From Pseudomonadota bacterium (GTDB taxonomy: Bacteria > Campylobacterota > Campylobacteria > Campylobacterales > Sulfurimonadaceae), in NCBI GenBank assembly GCA_043797085.1, contig JAZDQA010000005.1, forward strand, positions 64,001 through 128,000: DNA of 64,000 bases. The letters run 5' to 3'. The number at the start of each line of letters is the position of its first letter. Within the stretch, counting starts at the first letter, position 1. Under the pieces are notes generated by a model that made no database searches, was not told the DNA's origin, and saw only the letters and a list, made by a program, of their open reading frames with translations. A program made the position numbers and the translations under genes. Positions 30,523-42,285 of the stretch are shown one piece after another.

Positions 30523-31412
30523 TGATGGAACGTGTCGAAGCTCTCATCCGCCAATTGATTACAGAAATTGATTTTCCTCAAGCCGTGGAGCTTTTTTCCA
30601 AGCTCTCAGGGGGAAAACGACTTCGTGCAAAACTGATTTTGACGATCGCTCCCTCACATCCTGATGCTCCTTTGCTTGGGGCTATTGTCGAACTCATCCA
30701 TGCTGCAAGCTTGCTCCACGACGATGTTATCGATGAAGCAACGTTGCGACGGGGAACAGCATCGGTAAATGCCACGCATGGTTCCAAGGTTGCTATTATG
30801 CTGGGGGATATTTTGTATTCCAAAGCTTTTAGTGCATTAACGGCATTTGATCCGCGCATTGCCCATGCGGTCGCTCAATCGGTGACGAAACTCTCAGTAG
30901 GCGAAATGATGGACGTTGAGATGGCAAAAAGTTTCAATGTTAATCGTGATGATTATCTCCATATGCTCTACCTTAAAACAGCTACGTTGATTGAGTCGTG
31001 TGCTTATTGTGCGGCTTTGCTTGAAAACAAAGAAGAAGAGAAATATGCACTGTACGGGAAAAATTTAGGGACTGCCTTTCAAATTGTCGATGATATTTTA
31101 GATATTACGAGCGACGATGCTACCCTTGGCAAACCTTCACTGAATGATTTTGTCGAAGGTAAAACAACCTTGCCTTATATTGATCTATACGATGCACTTG
31201 GTAGCAGAGAAAAAGAGATGTTAGTGGGATGTCATGGACGTGTTTTGGATTCGCAGGAGAAAGAGTGGCTTTTTGGCGTTATGGAAAAACACGGTGTCAT
31301 TGAAAAGTCGTACGCGTATGCACAGCTGCTTTGTGATGAAGCTATCCGTGCCGTTTCTCATGAGGATGCATTGCGCGCCATCATTACCAGTGTCATTTTG
31401 AGAAACCATTAA
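30522..31412 (+). CDS. ispB: Polyprenyl (octaprenyl-type) diphosphate synthase
   Basis: GGKRLR, LLHDDVID, FQIVDDILD, EGKTTLP. Confidence 0.92.
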   Translation: MMERVEALIRQLITEIDFPQAVELFSKLSGGKRLRAKLILTIAPSHPDAPLLGAIVELIHAASLLHDDVIDEATLRRGTASVNATHGSKVAIMLGDILYSKAFSALTAFDPRIAHAVAQSVTKLSVGEMMDVEMAKSFNVNRDDYLHMLYLKTATLIESCAYCAALLENKEEEKYALYGKNLGTAFQIVDDILDITSDDATLGKPSLNDFVEGKTTLPYIDLYDALGSREKEMLVGCHGRVLDSQEKEWLFGVMEKHGVIEKSYAYAQLLCDEAIRAVSHEDALRAIITSVILRNH

Positions 31413-32704
31413 TGCATTACTTTGTCATTAGTTTTTCACATAAAAATTCAACATTGGCTCAGCGTGAAAAACTGGCATTCGCGGATGATGCCTCAAAAAT
31501 AAAAATGCTCACCCATATTAATGAGCACAGCAACATTAGTGAATCCATGATTCTCTCAACCTGTAACCGCATGGAAATTTTATGCAGCTGTTCTTGCGTT
31601 GAAGATGCAGAAGACCATATCTTGACGTTGTTGTCGATCCATGCTAAAAGCGGACGAGATGAACTGAAATCACGAGCGGATATTCTCAATAATTACGGAG
31701 CGATTCATCATCTTTTTAGTGTTGCAAGTTCTTTGGATTCGATGGTAATCGGAGAGACGCAAATCGCAGGTCAGCTCAAAGATGCTTTCAAGCTTTCCAG
31801 TGAAAATGGGTTCTGCGGAATTAAGCTCTCACGAGCATTGATCGCGGCCCAAAAATGTGCTGCTGAAATTCGTAATGCAACCGATATCTCATCCCGTCCC
31901 GTCTCTATCGCGAGTGTGGCTGTTTCAAAAGCCCGCGAGTGCGTAGGAACGTTTGAAGGGGTGAAGGTTCTTGTCATCGGTTCGGGCGAAATGTCCGTGA
32001 TAACCTGTAAGCATTTGAGTGCCGGAGGTGCGGATGTCACAATCATGAACCGAACGTTTAGCAAAGCCGAAGCAATAGCTCGTGAATGCAATGCGCGTGT
32101 TCGTTCGTACGATGAGATAAAATATGCGATCAATGAATATTCGGTTTTGTTTACATCAACCGGTTCTTTATCCCCTATTATTACGGATGAGATGATTGGG
32201 GCGTGTTCATTTGAGCGTTATTGGTTTGATATGGCGGTTCCTCGCGATATTGAATGCGAGAATTCGGCATGGGGGATACATCTTTATTGTATTGATGATT
32301 TAAAAGATATCGTCAGTGCTAATATCGCGATGCGAGAGGATGAAGCACGGACTTCTTTTGTCCTTGTCAGCCGACACAGTACGGCATTTTTTGAACTTCT
32401 TAAAACGCTTTCCATTGAGCCTTTGATTAAAAATATCTACACTCGTGCTTATCAATCTGCACACGAAGAGTCCCAGCGGGTCATCATGAACGGCTTTATC
32501 CCAAAAGAGTATGAGTATGCAGTGCAAAAAGCTGCCCAGCAGGCGTTAAAACGATTTTTGCATCCCATTGCACGTCGGATGCGTGATGGATCGGATCCCA
32601 TGCGCGTGGATGCTTTGATCGAATCAATGAGTTTTTTAATGGATCAAGATGAGGGCGAAGAGATGCTCCAAACCAGTTGTAAATATTACCCAAAAGGAAA
32701 ATAA
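31412..32704 (+). CDS. hemA: Glutamyl-tRNA reductase
   Basis: [34 protein letters not shown]. Confidence 0.96.
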   Translation: MHYFVISFSHKNSTLAQREKLAFADDASKIKMLTHINEHSNISESMILSTCNRMEILCSCSCVEDAEDHILTLLSIHAKSGRDELKSRADILNNYGAIHHLFSVASSLDSMVIGETQIAGQLKDAFKLSSENGFCGIKLSRALIAAQKCAAEIRNATDISSRPVSIASVAVSKARECVGTFEGVKVLVIGSGEMSVITCKHLSAGGADVTIMNRTFSKAEAIARECNARVRSYDEIKYAINEYSVLFTSTGSLSPIITDEMIGACSFERYWFDMAVPRDIECENSAWGIHLYCIDDLKDIVSANIAMREDEARTSFVLVSRHSTAFFELLKTLSIEPLIKNIYTRAYQSAHEESQRVIMNGFIPKEYEYAVQKAAQQALKRFLHPIARRMRDGSDPMRVDALIESMSFLMDQDEGEEMLQTSCKYYPKGK

Positions 32705-34407
32705 TGCGTTTTTCACGAGCCTACATACCAACGACTAAAGAGTCTCCCAAAGACGCTTTGCTACCGAGTCACATTTATCTTTCCCGTGCGGGATTTGTTA
32801 CGCAGGTTGCCAGCGGATTGTATAATTTTTTGCCATTAGGAAAACGTGTTCTTCGTAAAATCGAGAACGTCATTAATGAAGAGATGTCCGCGTGCGGTGC
32901 ATTGGAAGTTGATTTGAGTTTTGTTACTCCCGCAGAGCTGTGGCAAGAGAGCGGTCGGATTGAAAAATTTGGAAAAGAGCTTCTCCGCTTCCGTGACCGT
33001 AAAGACAATCTTTTCGTCCTTGGACCTACCCATGAAGAGATGATGGTGAGTATCGTTCGTAACCGTGTAACCAGCTACAAGCAGCTTCCTCTTAATGTTT
33101 ATCAGGTTAAAACCAAGTTTCGGGATGAAGCGCGTCCCCGTTTTGGATTGATGCGTGCACGTGAGTTTGTTATGAAAGACGGGTACAGTTTCCATGCTTC
33201 TACGGAAGATTTGGATCGTGAATTTGATGCGATGGAAGCGGCATACAAACGGATTTTAGAACGTCTTGGATTGACATTTCGTATCGTTGAAGCAGACAGC
33301 GGAGCAATCGGTGGTACGGGTTCAAAAGAGCTGATGGTATTAGCACAAAGCGGTGAAGATACTTTAGCTGTGTGTGATACGTGTGAATACGGCGCGAATG
33401 TCGAAGCGGCACGACGTGCACCGCGTACTCTTATCCCTGATGCTCCCAAAGCAGATTTTATGAAATTTAAAACACCGAATGTAAAATCAATTGATGATTT
33501 GAGTGCATTTTTTCATGTAGATCCATACTACACACTCAAAGCGGTTGTGATGCGTGCTGTCTATACGGAAGGGAGTGAACCGGTTTGTTTCTTCATTCGC
33601 GGATGCGATGAACTCCAAGAAGTTAAAGCGCGTAACAGCGTCGGGGCTATTGATTTGGTAGACATCAGTGAAGCAGAGCTTAATGAAATCGGTTTGGTTC
33701 CGGGATTTATGGGGCCGCTTGATCAAGATAAAATCCGTTTTGTGATGGATAATGACACACGAAATGCAACGTCCATGATCGCAGGTGCCAATGAGGCAGA
33801 CTATCACTTCGTCGGAGTTGACCTGAGTGTGATGGGTGAGGTCGCATTTGCAGATCTCGTTGCAGTACAAGAGGGTGATGGATGTCCTCATTGCGGCGGA
33901 AAATTCCTCCATACCAAAGGGATTGAAGTAGGGCATATTTTCAAGCTCGGAACTACCTATTCTGCACCGTTAAAAGCAGAGTTTTTGGATGAAAATGGAC
34001 GTTCACAACCCTTTATTATGGGAACCTACGGAATGGGTGTCAGCCGTCTGGTAGCTGCCGTTATCGAACAGCATCATGATGAAAAAGGGTGCATCTGGAC
34101 TCATGCAACAGCTCCTTATATGGTCAATGTAATGGTTTCAAATATCAAAGAAGAGGCACATCTTGCTTACGCTGAATCACTGTATGTAAGTTTGGGACAA
34201 AATGGTATTGAGACGATTTTAGACGATCGTAAAGAGCGTTTCGGATTTAAGATGTCCGATGCAGAGCTAATCGGATTCCCATTTACGGTTATAGTCGGTA
34301 AAGAGATGGAAAACAATCACGTTCAAATCATGGTTCGAAAAACGGGTGAGATGATTACAGTCAGTACCGATGAGGTCATAAAAAAATTACAAGAGCTTAT
34401 TGGATGA
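32704..34407 (+). CDS. proS: Proline--tRNA ligase
   Basis: [24 protein letters not shown], editing insertion, [11 protein letters not shown]. Confidence 0.97.
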   Translation: MRFSRAYIPTTKESPKDALLPSHIYLSRAGFVTQVASGLYNFLPLGKRVLRKIENVINEEMSACGALEVDLSFVTPAELWQESGRIEKFGKELLRFRDRKDNLFVLGPTHEEMMVSIVRNRVTSYKQLPLNVYQVKTKFRDEARPRFGLMRAREFVMKDGYSFHASTEDLDREFDAMEAAYKRILERLGLTFRIVEADSGAIGGTGSKELMVLAQSGEDTLAVCDTCEYGANVEAARRAPRTLIPDAPKADFMKFKTPNVKSIDDLSAFFHVDPYYTLKAVVMRAVYTEGSEPVCFFIRGCDELQEVKARNSVGAIDLVDISEAELNEIGLVPGFMGPLDQDKIRFVMDNDTRNATSMIAGANEADYHFVGVDLSVMGEVAFADLVAVQEGDGCPHCGGKFLHTKGIEVGHIFKLGTTYSAPLKAEFLDENGRSQPFIMGTYGMGVSRLVAAVIEQHHDEKGCIWTHATAPYMVNVMVSNIKEEAHLAYAESLYVSLGQNGIETILDDRKERFGFKMSDAELIGFPFTVIVGKEMENNHVQIMVRKTGEMITVSTDEVIKKLQELIG

Positions 34408-34820
34408 TCTATTTTCTACTTTATTTTTTTTGTGAGGTTTTACTAACCGTAGAGGTTGCCTCAGAAATTGGCGGATTGATGATGTTTGCTGAAATTGTCG
34501 GGAGTGCTTTTATCGGAGTCCTGATTCTTTTTAATTTTCGTGCTACGTTGGTTTCGAATATTATGGAACTCAAAGCACGACGACTCGATGCAAACGGTTT
34601 TTATCAGCGTAATTTACTCTCACTTTTGGGGGCTATTTTTTTAATTCTCCCCGGTGTTTTGACCGATATTATTGGAATTTTGATACAATTTTCACTTTTA
34701 GTCGGGTTAATCATTAACCAATTTAAGCCAAAATATCCAGAAGAAAAAAACAAAACTCACTCAAAGGACGACAATGTTATTGATGCCGAAATTATCAGCG
34801 ACTCTCCTTCTCTGCGCTAG
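34404..34820 (+). CDS. fxsA: FxsA family membrane protein
   Basis: [13 protein letters not shown]-terminal VIDAE. Confidence 0.85.
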   Translation: MIYFLLYFFCEVLLTVEVASEIGGLMMFAEIVGSAFIGVLILFNFRATLVSNIMELKARRLDANGFYQRNLLSLLGAIFLILPGVLTDIIGILIQFSLLVGLIINQFKPKYPEEKNKTHSKDDNVIDAEIISDSPSLR

Positions 34821-35610
34821 CCTTTTTGGTGCTACGGATGCCGAAGTCATTACGTTTCTTAAAAAAGGAATCGGGAGCAATCCCAGTATTAGTAATCTGG
34901 ATGTCGATATTAGCGGAAAACAGAATGTTTCTGGGATGACTGGATGGCAAGCGTATTTTGTCACCATCGAAGCGGACGTAAAACAAGGTGCTGAAAATCG
35001 CCATATTAATCAAAATGGAACTTATTTTGTCAATGGAGATACATTAGCACCAGAACTGGTCAACCTTAAAACAGGTGAGCGCTACAATGATACCATTGCT
35101 CCTAATTTTAACAGTGCTTATTACACCAAAGCCAATCATGTCAGCGGTGAGGCAACTGCTACTCATAAAGTAGCTATTTTCTCTGATCCATTGTGCCCAT
35201 TTTGTCGCCGATATGCTCCTGAAGCATTGTCATATATGGCAAAATATCCGAAAACATTTGCCGTCTATTATTACCATTTCCCTCTTGCCCAGCTCCATCC
35301 AGCTGCGGTTGCTTTGACTAAAGCAGCGATAGCAGCAGAGCAAAATGGTGTTAACAATGCTGCTCTTAAAATGTATCAAGTGGATATCGACCCCAATGAA
35401 AAAGACGAACAAAAAATTCTTGATGCTTTTAATAAGACCTTTAAAGTAAAACTGAGTGTTGCTGATTTACGTCGCCCTTCGGTCATCAAGCAGTATGAAT
35501 TCGATCAAAAAGCGGTTCGTGCCATGATGGTAAACGGAACACCAACGGTATTTTTTAACGGTGTGAAAGATACGAAAAAAATGAAATACAAAGATGTAAA
35601 GGTTAAGTAA
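34774..35610 (+). CDS. Periplasmic thioredoxin-fold Dsb protein (DsbC/DsbG-like)
   Basis: Signal peptide, FSDPLCPFC, cis-Pro GTPT. Confidence 0.85.
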   Translation: MLLMPKLSATLLLCASLFGATDAEVITFLKKGIGSNPSISNLDVDISGKQNVSGMTGWQAYFVTIEADVKQGAENRHINQNGTYFVNGDTLAPELVNLKTGERYNDTIAPNFNSAYYTKANHVSGEATATHKVAIFSDPLCPFCRRYAPEALSYMAKYPKTFAVYYYHFPLAQLHPAAVALTKAAIAAEQNGVNNAALKMYQVDIDPNEKDEQKILDAFNKTFKVKLSVADLRRPSVIKQYEFDQKAVRAMMVNGTPTVFFNGVKDTKKMKYKDVKVK

Positions 35611-35613
35611 TAG

Positions 35614-36561
35614 ATGAAAAAACTCACCATCGCAACTCGTGGAAGCAAACTCGCTCTTTGGCAATCTAATTATATTAAATCGGTGATTGAATCCTCTCGC
35701 CCTGATATAGAAGTGGAACTCAAAATAATCATTACCTCGGGGGATAAAATTCTCGATGTTCCCTTGGCTAAAATTGGCGGTAAAGGGTTGTTTCTAAAAG
35801 AGATTGAAGAGGCGCTTTTAGCGGGAGAGGCACAAATGGCTGTCCATTCGCTCAAAGATGTCCCTACTGTGATGCCCTCAGGACTGCTTTTGTCTGCTAT
35901 TACAACCCGTGAAGATGTTCGCGATGCGATGTTGAGTGAAAAATATCCGAATATTGTTTCATTGCCGCAGGGTGCAGTTGTGGGGACTTCCTCTCTTCGC
36001 CGCCGTATGCAGTTGGTAAAACAACGTCCTGATTTGGTGATCAAAGATTTACGCGGAAACGTGGATACTCGTATTCGTAAGCTCAAAGAAGGCGAATTTG
36101 ATGCGATCATCCTAGCTGCAGCAGGTATTAATCGTCTTGGATTTGCAAGTTTAGTCGAGTATTTTTACCCGATTTCTTTGGAGGAAATGATTCCTGCAAT
36201 GGGGCAGGGCGCATTGGGAATTGAGACCATTAATGAGCCGTGGGTTTTAGAAATTGCGGCAATGCTTGAAGACACCGGCAGCCGTATTGAAACGACAATT
36301 GAGCGTGAATTTGTTGATACTCTCCAAGGAGGATGTCAAGTTCCCATCGGTATAAGTGCTCGTGTCCTCAATGATGGAAATGTCAGTATCCGCTCAACCC
36401 TTGGTATGCCAGATGGAAGCGACATTATGGGTGAAGAGATTACGGTTTCACTTGATGAAATCAACGGTGTTGGTGAATCCATGGCTCGTCGCCTGATTGA
36501 TAAAGGGGCGATGGAATTGTTGTCACGTGCTGAAATCATGGCAGATGGGCACAAAGTATGA
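35614..36561 (+). CDS. hemC: Porphobilinogen deaminase
   Basis: ATRGSKLALWQ, VHSLKD, GTSSLRR, GGCQVPI. Confidence 0.97.
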   Translation: MKKLTIATRGSKLALWQSNYIKSVIESSRPDIEVELKIIITSGDKILDVPLAKIGGKGLFLKEIEEALLAGEAQMAVHSLKDVPTVMPSGLLLSAITTREDVRDAMLSEKYPNIVSLPQGAVVGTSSLRRRMQLVKQRPDLVIKDLRGNVDTRIRKLKEGEFDAIILAAAGINRLGFASLVEYFYPISLEEMIPAMGQGALGIETINEPWVLEIAAMLEDTGSRIETTIEREFVDTLQGGCQVPIGISARVLNDGNVSIRSTLGMPDGSDIMGEEITVSLDEINGVGESMARRLIDKGAMELLSRAEIMADGHKV

Positions 36562-38378
36562 CATTAGCCAAAACACTGGACCTTCTTAAAGCACATAACG
36601 AATTACGAGTTATTGATACTCCTTTAGATATCCATCTTGAAATTCCTCATTTGGCGTATGCTGAAGTGAAAAAAGAGGATGGCGGAAAGGCACTGTTGTT
36701 TACCCATCCGATGGATGTAAAGAGCAATAAAGAATTTTCTACCCCTGTGGTGATGAATCTTTTTGGTTCCTACAAACGGACAGAACTGTTGTTTGGTCGT
36801 GATGTGGAAGGTGTGGCAAGCGAGATTGAAAAACTCATCCACATGAAACCGCCTCAAGGGTTTAAAGAAAAAATTGGGATGCTGGGTGATCTTTTCGCGA
36901 TGAAAGATATCTTTCCTAAAAAGCTTAAAACGCGCGGAGCATGTCAAGAAATAATCGTCCAAGGCGATGATATCAATTTGTATGACTTACCGATTTTAAC
37001 GACATGGGAACTAGATGGCGGTCCTTTTATCACGATGGGTCAAGTTTATACCCAAAGTTTAGACGGAGAAGTTGTCAATCTTGGGATGTATAGACTCCAA
37101 GTGTATGATAAAAACCATCTCGGAATGCATTGGCAAATCCATAAAGATTCTTCACACTTTTTTGATCAGTACCAACGTGCCGGTAAAAAAATGCCGGTTT
37201 CCATCGGTATCGGTGGAGATCCGCTTTATACGTGGTGTGCGACCGCTCCATTGCCTTATGGTGTCAATGAACTTTTGCTGTATGGTTTGATAAAAAAAGA
37301 GTCGCCAAAGCTGGTTCAATCGATAACAACGCCTTTGTATGTTCCAGAAGATTTGGATTTTGTGATTGAGGGGTGGGTGGATACTGAAAAACTGCTCCTT
37401 GAAGGTCCATTTGGCGATCATACGGGATACTACACGCTCGCAGAACATTATCCTGCACTGGAAGTAAGTGCGATTACCAGTCGGAAGAAGCCTCTTTATC
37501 TTGCTACTGTGGTGGGAAAACCGCCATTAGAAGACAAATACATGGGATGGGCAACGGAACGGATATTTTTGCCGCTTCTTAAAACCAATGCCGCAGATTT
37601 GATTGATTACCATATGCCTGAAAATGGAGTTTTTCATAATCTTATTTTGGCAAAAATGAAACCATTGTATAAAGGGCACAGCAAACAATTTATGCATCTT
37701 TTTTGGGGTTCAGGACAGATGAGTTTTGTCAAACATGCCCTCTTTTTTAGTGAAGATGCCCCAAAATTGACCAATTATGAAGCATTACTGACGTATGCAC
37801 TGAACCGTTTTATCCCTAAATGTTTGTTTATTTCCGAGGGAATTACCGATGCATTGGACCATTCCAGCCCGGAAACCCTTGTTGGGGGAAAATTAGGGGT
37901 TGATTTTACTTCCTTGCACGCGCTTAAAAAACCGGATGTCATTGACAGTGCTCTTTTGTTGGAGCGTATTCGTCCACTTCTTCCTGAAGTATGCGAAGTG
38001 ACTCAATACATGCGTCATACTGCAAATCCCATTACGGTTATAAGTGTCAATAAACATCGTTCATTGGCGGCTACTGCCAAAATATTGGCTTCTTTGGAAT
38101 CCATCTTACGCATAGTGGTCGTTGTAGATGCCCAAAATAATGATATTAACAATCCCTACATGTTAGTATGGAGAGTTGCAAACAACATTGATGCCGGACG
38201 TGATATTTGTATATCCGGTTCTATTGTTTCGATCGATGGATCAACTAAATCATTAATAGATGGATTTGAACGGGAGTGGCCAGGTGATGTCCTTTGTACT
38301 CCCTGTGTTGTTGATAAACTAAAATCACTTTCACTTTGGGATTTAGAGCCAAAATGGGAACAAAAATACCAATTATAG
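36558..38378 (+). CDS. UbiD-family decarboxylase (menaquinone futalosine pathway type)
   Basis: NLGMYRLQ, EGPFGDHTGYY, TVVGKPPLED, DALDH. Confidence 0.9.
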   Translation: MTLAKTLDLLKAHNELRVIDTPLDIHLEIPHLAYAEVKKEDGGKALLFTHPMDVKSNKEFSTPVVMNLFGSYKRTELLFGRDVEGVASEIEKLIHMKPPQGFKEKIGMLGDLFAMKDIFPKKLKTRGACQEIIVQGDDINLYDLPILTTWELDGGPFITMGQVYTQSLDGEVVNLGMYRLQVYDKNHLGMHWQIHKDSSHFFDQYQRAGKKMPVSIGIGGDPLYTWCATAPLPYGVNELLLYGLIKKESPKLVQSITTPLYVPEDLDFVIEGWVDTEKLLLEGPFGDHTGYYTLAEHYPALEVSAITSRKKPLYLATVVGKPPLEDKYMGWATERIFLPLLKTNAADLIDYHMPENGVFHNLILAKMKPLYKGHSKQFMHLFWGSGQMSFVKHALFFSEDAPKLTNYEALLTYALNRFIPKCLFISEGITDALDHSSPETLVGGKLGVDFTSLHALKKPDVIDSALLLERIRPLLPEVCEVTQYMRHTANPITVISVNKHRSLAATAKILASLESILRIVVVVDAQNNDINNPYMLVWRVANNIDAGRDICISGSIVSIDGSTKSLIDGFEREWPGDVLCTPCVVDKLKSLSLWDLEPKWEQKYQL

Positions 38379-38463
38379 AAGAGTACTGAGACTATATTAA
38401 GCAATATATTAGAATTCCTAATGTATCATCATTTAGATTTTAATTAAACAGGGAATTATATTT

Positions 38464-38799
38464 ATGATAAAATCATCTGCACTTATTACCTTATTGTTGG
38501 TATCAACCTTCGCATCATTGAATGCAGCAACGTATAAGGGACAAAAAATTTATATGGATACATGTAAAGATTGTCATGGAAGTGGTCAAACGCTTGCTGC
38601 ATCAAAAAATACACGTACGTGGGAAAAACTTATGGATAAAAAAGGTGAGCAACTTGCTTCTATTCATATAAATTCTAAAAAAGCACAAGCTTCCTGGGAA
38701 TACTTTGCAGACAAAAAGTTTACGAAAGATTCAAAACATCTTGAAGACTTTTTCACTGAATACGCTAGAGATAGCGGTAATGTTCCTGCCTGTAACTAA
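38464..38799 (+). CDS. Monoheme c-type cytochrome
   Basis: Signal peptide, GQKIY..TCKDCHG. Confidence 0.88.
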   Translation: MIKSSALITLLLVSTFASLNAATYKGQKIYMDTCKDCHGSGQTLAASKNTRTWEKLMDKKGEQLASIHINSKKAQASWEYFADKKFTKDSKHLEDFFTEYARDSGNVPACN

Positions 38800-38810
38800 C
38801 TTTTTTGCTT

Positions 38811-38831
38811 TATTACCGCATCGCGGTAATA
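38811..38831 (+). terminator. Putative intrinsic terminator
   Basis: Perfect 9-bp stem TATTACCGC-ATC-GCGGTAATA followed by CTTT. Confidence 0.6.
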
Positions 38832-38887
38832 CTTTCTAAACCAAACTTCGCTAAAATACCCCACTTTTTATATTATTTGGAGTCACT

Positions 38888-40276
38888 ATGGAAAAAATGT
38901 GGTCCGGACGTTTTGCACAAGATGCTTCGTCACTGTTGGAACAATTTAATGCATCGATAATGTTTGATCGAAAACTGTATCGTGAGGATATAGAAGGCTC
39001 AATAGCTCATGCTCAGATGTTAGCGCATCAGGGTATTTTGACTCAAGAGGAATTACTCTCCATAGAATCAGGTATGGCTCAGGTCTTGAGTGAAATTGAA
39101 GCAGGTTCTTTTGAATGGAAAATCGGTGATGAAGATCTTCATATGGCGATTGAAAAACGCCTGACAGTCATTATCGGTGAAGCGGGTAAAAAGCTTCATA
39201 CTGCTCGCAGCCGCAACGATCAAGTTGCCCTTGATTTCCGTCGCTATGTACTGCGTAAAAACAGTGAAATTGCAGAAAAAATACAATTGTTGATGAGTAT
39301 CATTGTCGATATTTCTCGTGAGCACACGACGACGCTTCTTCCGGGAATGACCCATTTGCAGCATGCGCAACCCATTAATTTCGCCTTTCATCTGTTGGCG
39401 TATGTGACCATGTTTAAACGTGATGTTGAGCGTTTTGAGAGTTCGTATGAGCGTAATAACATCTCACCAATCGGATGTGCAGCACTTGCCGGAACCCCTC
39501 ATAATATAAACCGTGAAATGACCGCTAAAACACTTGGGTTTGACTCGGTCAGCGTGAATTGTCTCGATACAGTAAGCGACCGTGATTTTGCCCTTGAAAT
39601 TCTTTTTAATATTTCAACGTTGATGATGCACATCTCACGTATTTCAGAAGAGATCATCCTCTGGTCGAGCTATGAGTTTCGTTTTGTGGAGCTTTCGGAT
39701 GAATACTCAACGGGTTCATCTATCATGCCGCAAAAGAAAAATCCGGATGTCCCTGAACTTTTAAGAGGTAAAACGGGTCGTGTGTATGGAAATCTTATGG
39801 GACTTCTGACGGTGATGAAGGGGCTTCCTCTCGCGTACAATAAAGATACCCAAGAAGATAAAGAAGGGGTTTTTGACAGCATTGAAACGATCGAAATGTC
39901 TCTTGAAATTTTAGGGGAAGCACTTAAAACCATGACGATAAAGCCTGAAAATATGGCGCGTGCCTGCAAGCTTGGTCATTTGAGTGCAACGGATTTGGCA
40001 GATTATTTGGTTGAACATTGCGGTGTACCATTTCGCGAAGCTCACTTTATTACAGGACGTGCAGTGGCGCGTGCTGAAGTGTTAAATATTGATCTAAGTG
40101 AAATTGATTTTAAAGAGCTGCATGCGATTGATGATCGAATCAAAGAGGATGTGACACGCTACTTGAGCATTGAACATTCTATGAATGCACGAACTTCACA
40201 AGGCGGAACGGCGGAAGTCCGTACGCTGGAACAAATCATCTATTTTGATAATTATTTAAAGGACGCCAAGCTATGA
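38888..40276 (+). CDS. argH: Argininosuccinate lyase
   Basis: [35 protein letters not shown]. Confidence 0.97.
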   Translation: MEKMWSGRFAQDASSLLEQFNASIMFDRKLYREDIEGSIAHAQMLAHQGILTQEELLSIESGMAQVLSEIEAGSFEWKIGDEDLHMAIEKRLTVIIGEAGKKLHTARSRNDQVALDFRRYVLRKNSEIAEKIQLLMSIIVDISREHTTTLLPGMTHLQHAQPINFAFHLLAYVTMFKRDVERFESSYERNNISPIGCAALAGTPHNINREMTAKTLGFDSVSVNCLDTVSDRDFALEILFNISTLMMHISRISEEIILWSSYEFRFVELSDEYSTGSSIMPQKKNPDVPELLRGKTGRVYGNLMGLLTVMKGLPLAYNKDTQEDKEGVFDSIETIEMSLEILGEALKTMTIKPENMARACKLGHLSATDLADYLVEHCGVPFREAHFITGRAVARAEVLNIDLSEIDFKELHAIDDRIKEDVTRYLSIEHSMNARTSQGGTAEVRTLEQIIYFDNYLKDAKL

Positions 40277-40737
40277 AAATAACCGTTTCCCATCAAGAAG
40301 CAATGCGCTTTGAGGCAAAAACTGAAAAAAGCAGTTTTATCATTGATTGTCCCCAAATCTCTCCAATCGAGTATTTTTTAAGCGGAATCATCGCGTGCAG
40401 TGCAACCGATGTTGTGATGCTGCCAAAACAACAAGGGTTTGAAGTAACCAATCTTCAAGTTGAGGGCGAAGCAGTTCGAAATGAATCTGCACCGAAAAAG
40501 TTTAATTCCTTGCACCTAGAATACCGTTTTGATTCCAATGCGGATGATACGTTAGCTGCGCGTTGGGTAATGGCGAGCTTAGAGACGTATTGTTCGACGA
40601 TTAATACGATACGCGACAGTACAGCGATTACCTATACGATTATCCATAATGGCAATATGATTCGAGAGAATGAGACGATGATCAGCGGTGGAGGAAGTAC
40701 CGTAGATTTCGGCTCCCTCCAAGGATGCAATGCGTAA
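40273..40737 (+). CDS. OsmC/YhfA family protein
   Basis: SPIEYFLSG...CSATD and SLETYCS two-Cys pattern. Confidence 0.8.
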   Translation: MKITVSHQEAMRFEAKTEKSSFIIDCPQISPIEYFLSGIIACSATDVVMLPKQQGFEVTNLQVEGEAVRNESAPKKFNSLHLEYRFDSNADDTLAARWVMASLETYCSTINTIRDSTAITYTIIHNGNMIRENETMISGGGSTVDFGSLQGCNA

Positions 40738-40741
40738 ATCT

Positions 40742-40811
40742 CGTCATACCGTACTCGATACGGTATCCATCTAATGCATTGTGAGATTCCGTGTCGTAGC
40801 ACGGAATGACG
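40742..40811. repeat. Inverted doublet of palindromic CGTCAT(A/T)CCGT units between convergent genes
   Basis: CGTCATACCGTA-CTCGA-TACGGTATC on + and CGTCATTCCGTG-CTACGA-CACGGAATC on -. Confidence 0.8.
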
Positions 40812-40823
40812 GTTAAGGTTTAA

Positions 40824-41180
40824 TTAAAAGAAGTCTTTCGGATCAGCATCCGCAAAATGTCCCCATTTGAGTTTCGCACCGCCTAGGATATGGAAGTGCA
40901 GGTGTCCCACTTCTTGTCCTCCGTCTTCACCGATGTTGCTAATGATACGGTAACCGCTTTGGTCGATTCCCAGATCTTTGGCAACATCTTGCATAAAACT
41001 TCCCATTTTTCCCATTAATTCCGTTGGAATATCATTGAAACTATCATAATGTTTTTTTGGAATAACCAATACATGGACGGGAGCTTTGGGGTTAATATCA
41101 TGAAATGCAAAAAAGTTTTCATCTTCTTTGACACTATTGGATGGAATTTCTCGGTTGATAATTTTACAAAACAGACACAT
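40824..41180 (-). CDS. hinT: Histidine triad nucleotide-binding protein (HinT-like)
   Basis: CLFCKI, DINPKAPVH, GQEV.HLHFHIL. Confidence 0.93.
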   Translation of the reverse strand: MCLFCKIINREIPSNSVKEDENFFAFHDINPKAPVHVLVIPKKHYDSFNDIPTELMGKMGSFMQDVAKDLGIDQSGYRIISNIGEDGGQEVGHLHFHILGGAKLKWGHFADADPKDFF

Positions 41181-41283
41181 TTTAAACCTCTTTTTTTGTC
41201 ATATTGTAGCACACAGCTTTCACCTTGAAGCTTATTGTAAAAGAGATTTCACTACAATTACCCCACTATAACGAACGATAAGG

Positions 41284-42285
41284 ATGAGAACTTTGCAAGA
41301 GTGGATTAATGCTATAAAATCAGCCGATACAATTGATAAAATTGAAGAAATTCGTATTGCAGTTTTTGGAAAAAAAGGGATAATGAACGCTGAGTTTGCC
41401 CGTATGAAAGATATTCCTGATGAGCAAAAAGGGACTTTTGCCAAAGAGTTAAACATACAAAAAGAGACGCTCAATGCCTTGCTGATTGATCGAAAACTTT
41501 TTTTGGCTATGGAGCATTTGAATGCAACCATGAAATCTGAGGCAGTTGATGTCAGTTTGGCTTCACCGCTTAGTGAACGTGGATCACTTCATCCAGTCAT
41601 GGAGACGATGGATCGAATCGTTGAGTATTTTACGGCAATGAATTTTGCGGTTCATACAGGACCGATGGTTGAAGATGATTTTCACAATTTCGAAGCGTTA
41701 AATCTCCCAAAATACCATCCTGCCCGCGATATGCAAGATACGTTTTATTTTAAAGATGCAAAGCTTTTGCGCACCCATACCTCACCGGTACAAATTCGTA
41801 CGATGCTAAGTACAAAACCGCCGATTCGGATGATTGCCCCGGGCTCTGTATTTCGTCGCGATTACGACATCACCCATACTCCGATGTTTCATCAAGTGGA
41901 AGGGTTGGTTGTCGAAGAAGAGGGAAAAGTCTCTTTTGCTAACCTTAAGTTTATCTTGGAAGATTTTTTAAAAACAATGTTTGGGGACGTTGATGTCCGT
42001 TTCCGTCCGAGCTTTTTCCCCTTCACGGAGCCTTCGGCTGAAGTAGATATCAGCTGTATTTTCTGTGCAGGCAAGGGATGCCGAGTCTGTTCTAAAACAG
42101 GTTGGCTTGAAGTACTTGGATGCGGTATTGTCGATCCGAACGTTTTTAAAGCGGTTGGTTATGAAAATGTCAGCGGATATGCGTTTGGTTTAGGCGTTGA
42201 GCGTTTTGCCATGTTGATTCACCGTATCGGGGATTTGCGATCACTGTTTGAAGGTGATGTTAGATTATTGGAGCAGTTTAGATGA
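41284..42285 (+). CDS. pheS: Phenylalanine--tRNA ligase alpha subunit
   Basis: [34 protein letters not shown]. Confidence 0.98.
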   Translation: MRTLQEWINAIKSADTIDKIEEIRIAVFGKKGIMNAEFARMKDIPDEQKGTFAKELNIQKETLNALLIDRKLFLAMEHLNATMKSEAVDVSLASPLSERGSLHPVMETMDRIVEYFTAMNFAVHTGPMVEDDFHNFEALNLPKYHPARDMQDTFYFKDAKLLRTHTSPVQIRTMLSTKPPIRMIAPGSVFRRDYDITHTPMFHQVEGLVVEEEGKVSFANLKFILEDFLKTMFGDVDVRFRPSFFPFTEPSAEVDISCIFCAGKGCRVCSKTGWLEVLGCGIVDPNVFKAVGYENVSGYAFGLGVERFAMLIHRIGDLRSLFEGDVRLLEQFR

